Assembly (NCBI GenBank): GCA_039586795.1
Contig: JBDHJS010000054.1
Location: 1-21,542 of the forward strand
Source: Gemmatimonadota bacterium
Lineage (GTDB): Bacteria; Gemmatimonadota; Gemmatimonadetes; Palauibacterales; KS3-K002
Direction: 5' to 3'
Length of the DNA stretch: 21,542 bases
The translations under genes were made by a program, and so were the position numbers. Below are positions 9,730 to 17,622 of the stretch, in pieces. Positions within the stretch are counted from its first letter, which is position 1. The number at the start of each line of letters is the position of its first letter. Below the pieces are notes generated by a model, which was not told where the DNA came from, ran no database searches, and saw only the letters and a list, made by a program, of their open reading frames with translations.

Positions 9730-10329
9730 TCACTTCACCTCGGACTCATCCCCATTTCCGCCTCCCCGCGCTCCCTCTCGGGAAAAGACATGGCACTCGC
9801 GTCCACTCACGGCTCGCAGCAAGCACTTGTCCCGGAAGTAGATTCCGCACCGATAACACACTTCAGCACTTTCGCCATCATGCGTAAGCACGTTGACCGA
9901 CAACCTGTCGAGAAGCTCCGCCGCACCGCGAAGATCCTCCGGCGAGTAACCGCCGAAGATCTCGTCCAGCGCGATCACGGTTAACTTCTCATACTCCTCC
10001 AGCATCCGCCGGCCTTCCGAGGTCAGCGAGAGTTCCACTGCCCGGCGATCATCTTCTGCCTCGCTGCGAATCAGCAATCCGCGTCGCACCAGACGGTCTA
10101 CTGCCTTGCTCGCCGCCGCTGTACTGACAGTCAAGAACGCGGCTACCTGGCTGATATTGTAGGAGTCTGTGCGAGAGACCAGCTTCAGGAGTTTGAGTTG
10201 TGAGAAGGTCAGCTGCTCGCCGGTCACCGCGTGCAGCCGAGTTTCCATGAGGTCGTTTACTGCAGACGATAGGATATAAGCGCTGCCCAGAACGTCCTGG
10301 ATCAGCCTCGCGCGTGTTTTGGCCGCCAT
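9730..10329 (-). CDS. MarR-family transcriptional regulator with a C-terminal 4-Cys extension
   Basis: LTFSQLKLL, wHTH ISQVAAFLTVSTAAASKAVDRLVRRGLL, DRRAVELSLT.EG, and tail CYRC-x7-C-x9-CH. Confidence 0.9.
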   Translation of the reverse strand: MAAKTRARLIQDVLGSAYILSSAVNDLMETRLHAVTGEQLTFSQLKLLKLVSRTDSYNISQVAAFLTVSTAAASKAVDRLVRRGLLIRSEAEDDRRAVELSLTSEGRRMLEEYEKLTVIALDEIFGGYSPEDLRGAAELLDRLSVNVLTHDGESAEVCYRCGIYFRDKCLLRAVSGRECHVFSREGARGGGNGDESEVK

Positions 10330-10431
10330 CTGTTCCCCTCGGCTCCGCCCAGGGAAGACGGACGGATCGACCGCTGAAGTGCGGTCGTCTAGGTCCTTTT
10401 CGTCGCCGAACCGGCTTTAGACCAGGAGTGC

Positions 10432-10449
10432 TTAACCTGGTTAACTATA
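10432..10449 (-). promoter_or_regulatory. Palindromic operator candidate abutting the marR -10 box
   Basis: TTAACC-T-GGTTAA inverted repeat at 10432-10444. The minus-strand TATAGT (-10-like) is at 10444-10449. Confidence 0.5.
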
Positions 10450-10778
10450 CTGACGCGATATACCGTCTTCCTCGGTGCACCTTAAGCCATCCTTCCTAGA
10501 CGCCGGTTTTGTGCCACCTCAGCATGACACGGCGCGTGCGCCTGATCCCTATATTTTCCAAGCGCTTACACGGCACGACGCCCGGCTAGCGTGCTCTCTT
10601 GATGCGTCGGGCGAGCAATCTTGCCCCAGATTCGGTGCGTCCTGTCACGGACGGGGTGTCACGTCAGGGTACGCCAAGTGCTTTTGCGGGACCGGCAGGC
10701 TTGGACTAGATTTTGCTATATCGACCCTCGATAACTGGCCAATCAAACGAGAGTACGTCTCTCCCACCACGAGGCAGA

Positions 10779-10955
10779 ATGAGCGACCCGCGGAAAGAGA
10801 CACCGACTCAAACTGACAGGGGCCTCGACCCTGGCGGACCGCCATGCGACGAATCGCAGGCTGACGGAGTACCCTGCGAAGAATTGGATCGGGACTGCGA
10901 GGACTGCGACCGTGCCCCGGCGGATGCTCGCGAAAGATGGGCGCAGAAGGACTAA
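10779..10955 (+). CDS. Small acidic Cys-rich protein (58 aa)
   Basis: ATG preceded by GAGG. C-x9-C-x6-C-x2-C pattern; no competing gene in this space. Confidence 0.55.
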   Translation: MSDPRKETPTQTDRGLDPGGPPCDESQADGVPCEELDRDCEDCDRAPADARERWAQKD

Positions 10956-10977
10956 AGACGGTCGACAGCTCAATCAG

Positions 10978-11396
10978 TCAATGTGCAGCAACGGGATAGT
11001 CCCCCAGCGCCTTTCCCAGGTCGGCGTGGCCGCCGGCCGCGATCACCACATACCGCTTTCCAATACTCGCTAATCAATGGATTGGGTCCGGTCGGACTCG
11101 GCTGCGTCATACGTAAGTCGAGCCATCCAAGGAATCATCGGCCCATACACCAGGACCTGTTGCAGTTGGTGTACATTGACAGGCATGATCTGTGTCAGCG
11201 GAGAGTATCGAGAACCGTGGGCGTGTACACCGCAAGCAGGTCGTTCCGCGACGGGGCCGTCAATCGCAGCTTGATCTCAACCGGCCGAAAAGGCCGAAAT
11301 GACCAGCCAGACAACGGCGGCGAAGGCACCGAGTGCCAGTGTCCACTTCGCAAAGTGGATTATAGTCCCACGCTCAACCCTAAGTCGCCCAACCAT
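10978..11396 (-). pseudogene. Remnant of a PQQ-dependent (quinoprotein glucose-type) dehydrogenase
   Basis: Manual translation gives a hydrophobic N-terminus, an in-frame TGA at 11277-11279, then GSRYSPLTQIMPVNVHQL. In another frame it gives GKRYVVIAAGGHADLGKALGDY (11061 onward). These match the family's N- and C-terminal signatures. Confidence 0.8.
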
Positions 11397-11548
11397 TTAC
11401 ATGTCCTCCGGGCGAAAAGGCACGATGCTTCCGCTTCTGGCTTTCATCGACGACTCCGACCCTAGCTCCCCATACCACCGCAGGTCAAGGGACGGGACTT
11501 CGCATCTACTCGGCCGTCGTTAACGGCCCTTCCCTGAGCGCCCCAATC

Positions 11549-11564
11549 TGGTACAGCAATTGCA
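11549..11564 (+). promoter_or_regulatory. sigma54 -24/-12 promoter candidate
   Basis: TGGTAC-AGCAA-TTGCA against the consensus TGGCAC-N5-TTGCW, with correct GG-N10-GC spacing. Confidence 0.55.
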
Positions 11565-11619
11565 ACTTCGGGTCTTGTCACCCGGAGCCGCACGGCTAGG
11601 GGGCCCGCGCTTGATTTCG

Positions 11620-11648
11620 TTGGACGGTGGCTGGTCAGCCACTAGATT
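11620..11648 (+). promoter_or_regulatory. sigma70-type promoter candidate for ppdK
   Basis: TTGGAC-17 nt-TAGATT, about 45 nt upstream of the ATG. AGGAG RBS at 11684-11688. Confidence 0.4.
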
Positions 11649-11694
11649 GTGGCGACAAATCAGCCCGCGTGAATCATCCCGACAGGAGTAGGTC

Positions 11695-14535
11695 ATGGGC
11701 GAAACGACTTTCGTCTACGCATTTGAGGACGGTGACAGCAACGACAAGCAACTGCTTGGTGGAAAGGGCTCTGGCCTGGCGCGTATGACCCAGCTCGGAT
11801 TGCCCGTACCGCCGGGTTTTGTGATTACCACCGAAGCTTGCCGACAATATTTCGCCGCCGAAGAAAAGCAGCCCGCGCAACTCGGTCAGCAGGTACGCTC
11901 GGCGATGAAGGCGCTCGAGAAGAAGACGGGCAAGACCTTCGGCAGTCCCGAGTCCCCCTTGCTTGTTTCTGTTCGCTCAGGCGCCGCCTTATCGATGCCC
12001 GGCATGATGGACACGATACTGAACCTGGGTATGAACGATGAGGTGGTGGCAGGCTTCGCAGCGGCGACGAACAACCCGCGTTTTGCTTACGATGCATATC
12101 GGCGACTCATCCAGGGCTTCGGCGAGATCGCGATGGGAGCCGAAGAGAAGCGATTCGTTGAGATTCTCGATGCCGTCAAACTCAGTCAAGGCGCCAAGTA
12201 CGATCATCAACTCAGCGTCGATTCGCTGAAACAGATTTGCACTCAATTCGAGCAGATCATCAAGTACGACCTCGGGACGGACTTCCCGCAAGATCCCTGG
12301 CAGCAAATCGACATGGCCGTCGACGCCGTGTTTCGATCCTGGATGGGCAAGCGCGCCGTAGACTATCGCCGCGAGTTCAAGGTCACCCCCGAGATGGCAG
12401 ACGGAACGGCGGTTAGTGTCTGCACGATGGTCTTCGGAAACATGGGTGATGACTCGGGGACCGGTGTCGCCTTTACTCGGGATCCCGGCACGGGCGAGAA
12501 CGTCCTCTACGGCGAGTACCTGGTGAATGCCCAGGGTGAGGACGTTGTTGCCGGTATCCGCACTCCAATTCCGATCGGCGCACTCGAGAAGCAGATGCCG
12601 CAGACCTGGAAGGAACTACAGAGCGTGCGGCAGACCTTGGAGCAGCAACACCACGAAGTTCAGGATTTCGAGTTCACCGTCGAGAACGGCAAGCTCTATA
12701 TGCTCCAGACGCGGAATGGCAAGATGAACGCCGCCGCGTTTGTGAAGACGTCCGTCGACATGGTAGCCGAGGGCATCTTGTCCAAAGAAGAAGGGCTTCT
12801 TCGGATTAGCCCCGACCACCTGGAGCAGCTACTCCACCCGCGGATCGATCCCACTGCAGAGGCGACCGCCATCGCCACCGGATTGCCCGCTTCACCGGGT
12901 GCTGCCAGCGGCGCCGTGATCTTCGAAGCGGATGACGCGGAAGAGCGCGGCAAAGCTGGCGAAGCAGTGATCCTGGTACGCGAAGAGACCAAGCCGGAGG
13001 ACATCCACGGCTTCTTCCAGGCAAAAGGAATCCTCACCAGCCGGGGCGGGAAGACCTCACACGCCGCCGTCGTCGCGCGCGGGATGGGCAAGCCCTGCGT
13101 TGTCGGCTGCGAAGAGATATTGATCAACGACCGTGACAAGTACGCCGAAATCAACGGCCAGAGACTGGAGGAGGGTGACGTTGTCACCATCGATGGTGGG
13201 ACCGGCGAGGTGTACCTAGGTACAGTCCCCACTGTCGACCCGGAGTTTAGTGACGAAATGAAGACGATCCTCGAGTGGGCCGACAACACTCGTTCGCTGG
13301 GTGTGCGGGCCAATGCCGACACTCCCGAGGACGCCACCGTCGCCCGCGAGATGGGTGCTCAGGGGATCGGGCTCTGCCGCACCGAGCGTATGTTCAACGC
13401 TGCCGACCGCCTCCCAATCGTTCAGGCGATGATTCTCGCTCAGTCACCCGAGGAACGTCGGGGCGCGATTGACCGCTTGCGCCCCATGCAGAAGGCTGAC
13501 TTCATGGGAATCTTCAGGGCCATGGAAGGATTTCCGGTCACGATACGCCTTCTCGATCCTCCGCTCCACGAGTTCCTTCCCTCCCTCGAGTCTTTGTTGC
13601 TCGAGCTAGCCAGCTTGGAACGAGTACGGGATCACTTGGCAAGCGGAACTCTCAACGGGGAATCTCTCGAGAAGATCGTTGTCCCGTCCTTGAAGGATAA
13701 CCTTCCACCCATGGAGCAGTTGAACGATCCGCTGTCTGGTAGCCCCGGAGATCGGATTATCGATGGTCTAATTAACAAAAAGCTTGAAGTGCTCCACAAA
13801 GTACGTGAGACCTCTGAGGTCAACCCGATGCTCGGACACCGCGGCGTCCGCCTCGGCATATCGGTACCCGAGCTTTACATGATGCAGATCAGCGCCATCT
13901 TGGAGGCGCTCGCCGAGTTGACCAAGGAAGGTGTCGACGCAATCTGCGAGATCATGGTGCCACAAGTTACCGGGTACCGCGAACTGGAGCGCGTCGGCGA
14001 ATTCGTCGATGAGGTCAGAGCCGAGATCGAGGAACGCTACGGGGTAACGCTTGACTTTAAGTACGGCACGATGATCGAGGCCGTTCGCGCTTGCGTCAGA
14101 GCCAACTTCATAGCCGAGATAGCCGATTTCTTCTCCTTCGGTACTAATGATCTTACGCAGGCCACATTCTCCTTCTCCCGAGAGGATGCGGAACAGAAGT
14201 TCCTTCCGCTCTACGTTGAGTTGGGGATTCTCTCCAACAATCCGTTTGAGGCCCTCGACATCCACGGCGTCGGCCGACTGGCCCGTTTTGCCGTCAATTC
14301 GGGACGCTCGGTGAAGCCGGATCTAAAGGTCGGGATTTGCGGCGAACATGGTGGACACCCGCGGAGCATCGAGTTCTGTCACACCATCGGACTCGACTAC
14401 GTGAGCTGCTCGGCTTTCCGCGTTCCCATCGCGCGTCTGGCGGCGGCCCAGGCGAAGCTCAAAGAGGATAAACGGACGAAGGAGCAACTGGAGGATCCCG
14501 ACTACCCCTTCAACGTCTTCCCCCCTGAACCGTAA
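11695..14535 (+). CDS. ppdK: Pyruvate, phosphate dikinase
   Basis: LLGGKG, PLLVSVRSGA..SMPGMMDT, NAQGEDVVAG, phospho-His motif GGKTSHAAV, GIGLCRTE, NPMLGHRG, FSFGTNDLTQ, GICGEHGG. Confidence 0.99.
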   Translation: MGETTFVYAFEDGDSNDKQLLGGKGSGLARMTQLGLPVPPGFVITTEACRQYFAAEEKQPAQLGQQVRSAMKALEKKTGKTFGSPESPLLVSVRSGAALSMPGMMDTILNLGMNDEVVAGFAAATNNPRFAYDAYRRLIQGFGEIAMGAEEKRFVEILDAVKLSQGAKYDHQLSVDSLKQICTQFEQIIKYDLGTDFPQDPWQQIDMAVDAVFRSWMGKRAVDYRREFKVTPEMADGTAVSVCTMVFGNMGDDSGTGVAFTRDPGTGENVLYGEYLVNAQGEDVVAGIRTPIPIGALEKQMPQTWKELQSVRQTLEQQHHEVQDFEFTVENGKLYMLQTRNGKMNAAAFVKTSVDMVAEGILSKEEGLLRISPDHLEQLLHPRIDPTAEATAIATGLPASPGAASGAVIFEADDAEERGKAGEAVILVREETKPEDIHGFFQAKGILTSRGGKTSHAAVVARGMGKPCVVGCEEILINDRDKYAEINGQRLEEGDVVTIDGGTGEVYLGTVPTVDPEFSDEMKTILEWADNTRSLGVRANADTPEDATVAREMGAQGIGLCRTERMFNAADRLPIVQAMILAQSPEERRGAIDRLRPMQKADFMGIFRAMEGFPVTIRLLDPPLHEFLPSLESLLLELASLERVRDHLASGTLNGESLEKIVVPSLKDNLPPMEQLNDPLSGSPGDRIIDGLINKKLEVLHKVRETSEVNPMLGHRGVRLGISVPELYMMQISAILEALAELTKEGVDAICEIMVPQVTGYRELERVGEFVDEVRAEIEERYGVTLDFKYGTMIEAVRACVRANFIAEIADFFSFGTNDLTQATFSFSREDAEQKFLPLYVELGILSNNPFEALDIHGVGRLARFAVNSGRSVKPDLKVGICGEHGGHPRSIEFCHTIGLDYVSCSAFRVPIARLAAAQAKLKEDKRTKEQLEDPDYPFNVFPPEP

Positions 14536-14536
14536 G

Positions 14537-14592
14537 CGAGTAGGAGTACGAGTACGACCCTCAGACAATCGTCTTGCTCGTACTCGTACCCC
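14537..14592. repeat. GAGTAC-based palindromic element / bidirectional terminator candidate
   Basis: GTACGAGTACGA (14546-14557) pairs with TCGTACTCGTAC (14578-14589), between convergent genes. Confidence 0.75.
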
Positions 14593-14594
14593 CT

Positions 14595-14873
14595 CTAGAA
14601 CAACTTCCCCGCTAGACTCGGCTGTTTGTCCGTGCGGGTTGCGACTTTGAGGAACGTTGCGATACGAACCGTACCCTCCGCATGCAGAGTCTCATGGATC
14701 CTTTCAACCGCCCGAAAGATCTCCATGAGCTCGCCTTCCAAATTCGTACCGTTCGAGTGAAGTTGCGCGTTGAGATCGAACTCCTCGAGTATGTAATGCG
14801 CTCGTTTTACCTCTTCTCGCACGGACACGCCCGAACCAATCGGTATGACCTGCACTTCCGCTGTCGCGATCAT
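14595..14873 (-). CDS. MTH1187 / thiamine-binding protein family (DUF77)
   Basis: IATAEVQVIPIGSGVSV, GTNLEGE, and C-terminal RTDK motif. RBS GAGGAG upstream. Confidence 0.9.
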   Translation of the reverse strand: MIATAEVQVIPIGSGVSVREEVKRAHYILEEFDLNAQLHSNGTNLEGELMEIFRAVERIHETLHAEGTVRIATFLKVATRTDKQPSLAGKLF

Positions 14874-14947
14874 CGCTCGCCTTCTCCTCACTTCCCTGGG
14901 TCGTCGACTAGCTAGCCCTCATTAGGGGGCTCTTCTTACTTTACAAC

Positions 14948-15490
14948 ATGGCATTCCGCGATTACGCCGTCGACACCGTCCTCCGGAACGGAACTTCGGT
15001 CCAGATCCGCGCCATCCGACCAGACGACAAAGACGCACTGGTGACGCTCTTCAATAGCTTGAGCCCAGAGACGCGGTACTACCGTTTCCTTGGCGCCAAG
15101 ACCTGCCTCACCGAGGATGAGCTCGCCTATCTTACCGAGCTCGATTTCGTGCGGCAGGCGGCGCTGGTGGCCGAGCTCTGGCTTGGCGATCAACCTACGG
15201 TAGTCGCCGTGGCTCGATACGCCAGCTACCCCCGGGAGGGCGAGGATAGGCCGGAGGTTGCGCTGGCCGTTACAGACGCACAGCAGGGCCGTGGACTCGG
15301 GACTCTGCTGCTCACACACCTGGCGAAGTTGGCCGCGCAACAGGGGATCTCGGAGTTCGATGCCTACCTGCTGGCTGACAACGAGGCCATGCTCAGCGTC
15401 TTCCGTCGGTGTGGATTCGAGATGAAGGGCACCGTGGAAGGCGGGGTGCTCCGTCTGGTCTTGGCGCTGCCCGACCACCACGCGGATTAG
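14948..15490 (+). CDS. GNAT N-acetyltransferase (Pat/acyl-CoA synthetase-associated GNAT type)
   Basis: LRNGTSVQIRAIRPDD, LSPETRYYRF, EVALAVTDAQQGRGLGTLL, N.AML.VF...GF. Confidence 0.92.
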   Translation: MAFRDYAVDTVLRNGTSVQIRAIRPDDKDALVTLFNSLSPETRYYRFLGAKTCLTEDELAYLTELDFVRQAALVAELWLGDQPTVVAVARYASYPREGEDRPEVALAVTDAQQGRGLGTLLLTHLAKLAAQQGISEFDAYLLADNEAMLSVFRRCGFEMKGTVEGGVLRLVLALPDHHAD

Positions 15491-15513
15491 GTCAAAGCTC
15501 ACGTCCAGTACTT

Positions 15514-15570
15514 CTCGTACTCCTACTCGACCGAGTGAGCGTACGATCACCAGTAGGAGTACGAGTACGA
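15514..15570. repeat. Second GAGTAC-based palindromic element
   Basis: CTCGTACTCCTACT (15514-15527) is the perfect reverse complement of AGTAGGAGTACGAG (15552-15565). It lies between convergent genes. Confidence 0.75.
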
Positions 15571-15592
15571 GGATCTTGCTTACCGCGAACCC

Positions 15593-17497
15593 CTATCGTG
15601 GCAGGACCCCCACACGCAAGTGGGATGGGTATTGGCGGGACCGATAGACCCGCTGGGTCGCCGCTATGAAGTCGCTCTCCTCGGCGTCGGTGTAAATGTT
15701 GTCCACGTAGGTCTGCGGGTTCCGGTCTACGAGCGGGAACCAGGTACTCTGAACGTGCACCATGATCCTGTGCCCACGTTTGAACGTGTGCAGCACATCC
15801 TGAAGTGGCAGGACGACGTGCGTCGCCTGGTTAGGCACAAACGGCTCGGGGAACTCATAGCTGTCGCGAAACCGTCCCCGGATGACCTCGCTGCGCACCA
15901 TCATCTGATATCCACCCATCTGAACGCCCCGGGGCGCGCCGTCCCGATTCGGTGTATCCGGTGGGAACACGTCGACCAGCTTGACCACCCAATCAGAGTC
16001 GGTTCCGGAAGTCGATACCCAGAGGTCTGCGATGACCGGGCCGGCCAACGTCACGTCCTCTTCCAAAACCTCGGTCTGATACACCAATACGTCCGGCCGG
16101 CGTGAAGCGAACCGCTGATCGTCGATCATGTACTCCCGGATCATTCCCTGGCCGACATCGCCGATGTAGGGGACGGGGTTGGCGGGATCAGAGACGTACT
16201 CGTCCCAGGCCGTCCGGGCCGAGGGAGCGGCATTAGAAAGGTCCCCACCAGCCCTCATGTACAGATGCCTCTGCTCTGCCTCCGCCGGTGGCCACTGTTC
16301 AAAGGTCCTCCACTGATTTGCCCCGGTCTCGAACATGTGCGCCTCGACCGGATCCGGGTCGCCCTTCCCTTTCAAGTAGTAGTTGAAGAACGGCAACTCT
16401 ATGCTCTCGCGGTAGTAGAGCGAGGTCTTCGACCCGAAACGTACGTAACTCAACGAGTCCCCGTCGTCTCGGGCCCACCCCCCATGTCGCCATGGCCCCA
16501 TAACGATCGAATTTTGCACCCCCGGATTCTTTTCTTCCACCGACCTATAGATCGCGAGCGGACCATACAGATCCTCTGCGTCAAACCAGCCGCCGACGGT
16601 CATGACGGCAGGCGCCACATCATTGAGGTGTGGTACGATGTTTCTGTCCTGCCAAAATTGGTCGTAGTTGGGGTGTTCGATCGTCGCGTTCCAGAACGGG
16701 ATCTCCCCGCGATAATAGCGCTCGTTGATGTTCTTGATTGGGCCCAATTCGAGGTAGAACTCGTATCCGTCCGGAGTGCCGAAATCGAATCGATCACGCG
16801 GCCACTCGGTCGTCAGTCCATCCCGAGGCAATCCGAATACCCAGAAGAAACCAAAAGTGTGCGGAAGGAAGAACGCCCCGTGGTGATGAAAGTCATCAAA
16901 CCACCAGTCGGCAATCGGCGCCTGCGGCGAAACGGCGGCGAGCGCTGGGTGAGCGTCGATCATGCTGGCTGCCGCGTAGAACCCAGGGTACGAGATGCCC
17001 CACATCCCGACCTTGCCGTTGTTGTTAGGCACGTTCTCCAGAAGCCACTCGATGGTGTCATAGGTATCGGTGCTCTCGTCGACGTCCTCATTAGAGTTCT
17101 TTTCCATCACGTGGGGCGTCATGTTTAGAAACTCACCTTCTGACATGAAGCGCCCACGCACATCTTGGAGCACGAATATGAACTTCTCACGCGCCAGCAG
17201 TTCGCTGGGACCCAACTGAGTGGGGTAATCGTCTTCCCCGTACGGACAGACGCAGTAGGGTGTGCGCCTCATCATGATCGGGTAGGACTCGGACTCATCT
17301 TGCGGCGAGTAAACCGCCGTGAAGAGTGTCGCCCCGTCCCGCATCGGGATCCTGAATTCTCGCTTCGTGTAGTTGTCCCGGATGTGGCGGGTCGCATCAT
17401 CCTGCGTGTTCGGCTGGACGGAGCATCCGCCCACCAGCGTGACCAAAGCGAGACTGCCGGCGATGGTCAGGATTCGGTTCCCTGTCAAAGGCTTCAT
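15593..17497 (-). CDS. CocE/NonD family hydrolase (alpha-amino acid ester hydrolase / peptidase S15-like), lipoprotein
   Basis: IPMRDG, RTPY, QDVRGRFMSEG, nucleophile GISYPG, GGWFDAEDLYG, GPWRHGGW. Signal ends LVGGC. Confidence 0.93.
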   Translation of the reverse strand: MKPLTGNRILTIAGSLALVTLVGGCSVQPNTQDDATRHIRDNYTKREFRIPMRDGATLFTAVYSPQDESESYPIMMRRTPYCVCPYGEDDYPTQLGPSELLAREKFIFVLQDVRGRFMSEGEFLNMTPHVMEKNSNEDVDESTDTYDTIEWLLENVPNNNGKVGMWGISYPGFYAAASMIDAHPALAAVSPQAPIADWWFDDFHHHGAFFLPHTFGFFWVFGLPRDGLTTEWPRDRFDFGTPDGYEFYLELGPIKNINERYYRGEIPFWNATIEHPNYDQFWQDRNIVPHLNDVAPAVMTVGGWFDAEDLYGPLAIYRSVEEKNPGVQNSIVMGPWRHGGWARDDGDSLSYVRFGSKTSLYYRESIELPFFNYYLKGKGDPDPVEAHMFETGANQWRTFEQWPPAEAEQRHLYMRAGGDLSNAAPSARTAWDEYVSDPANPVPYIGDVGQGMIREYMIDDQRFASRRPDVLVYQTEVLEEDVTLAGPVIADLWVSTSGTDSDWVVKLVDVFPPDTPNRDGAPRGVQMGGYQMMVRSEVIRGRFRDSYEFPEPFVPNQATHVVLPLQDVLHTFKRGHRIMVHVQSTWFPLVDRNPQTYVDNIYTDAEESDFIAATQRVYRSRQYPSHLRVGVLPR

Positions 17498-17622
17498 CCT
17501 GGTCCCTTCGTAACCTGAGTGGAGTCGCTCAGCGTACGGCTGACGCGGGCACGACCTGGAGTTCGCTCGAGACGAGGCAAAATGTCGAGGAGGTTGGAGG
17601 TGGGGCAAGTACAGCCGGCCGC

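Noticed and set aside
11277..11279. In-frame TGA as selenocysteine or recoding
   Set aside because: No convincing SECIS follows, and the surrounding gene is frameshifted and deleted. Other genes here use TGA as stop.
10983..11523. Plus-strand ORFs of 160, 65 and 74 aa
   Set aside because: They have no recognisable motifs and are antisense to the PQQ dehydrogenase remnant.
14595..15490. GNAT plus small protein as a toxin-antitoxin pair
   Set aside because: The genes are divergent, the small protein is MTH1187-type rather than an RHH antitoxin, and the GNAT is Pat-type.
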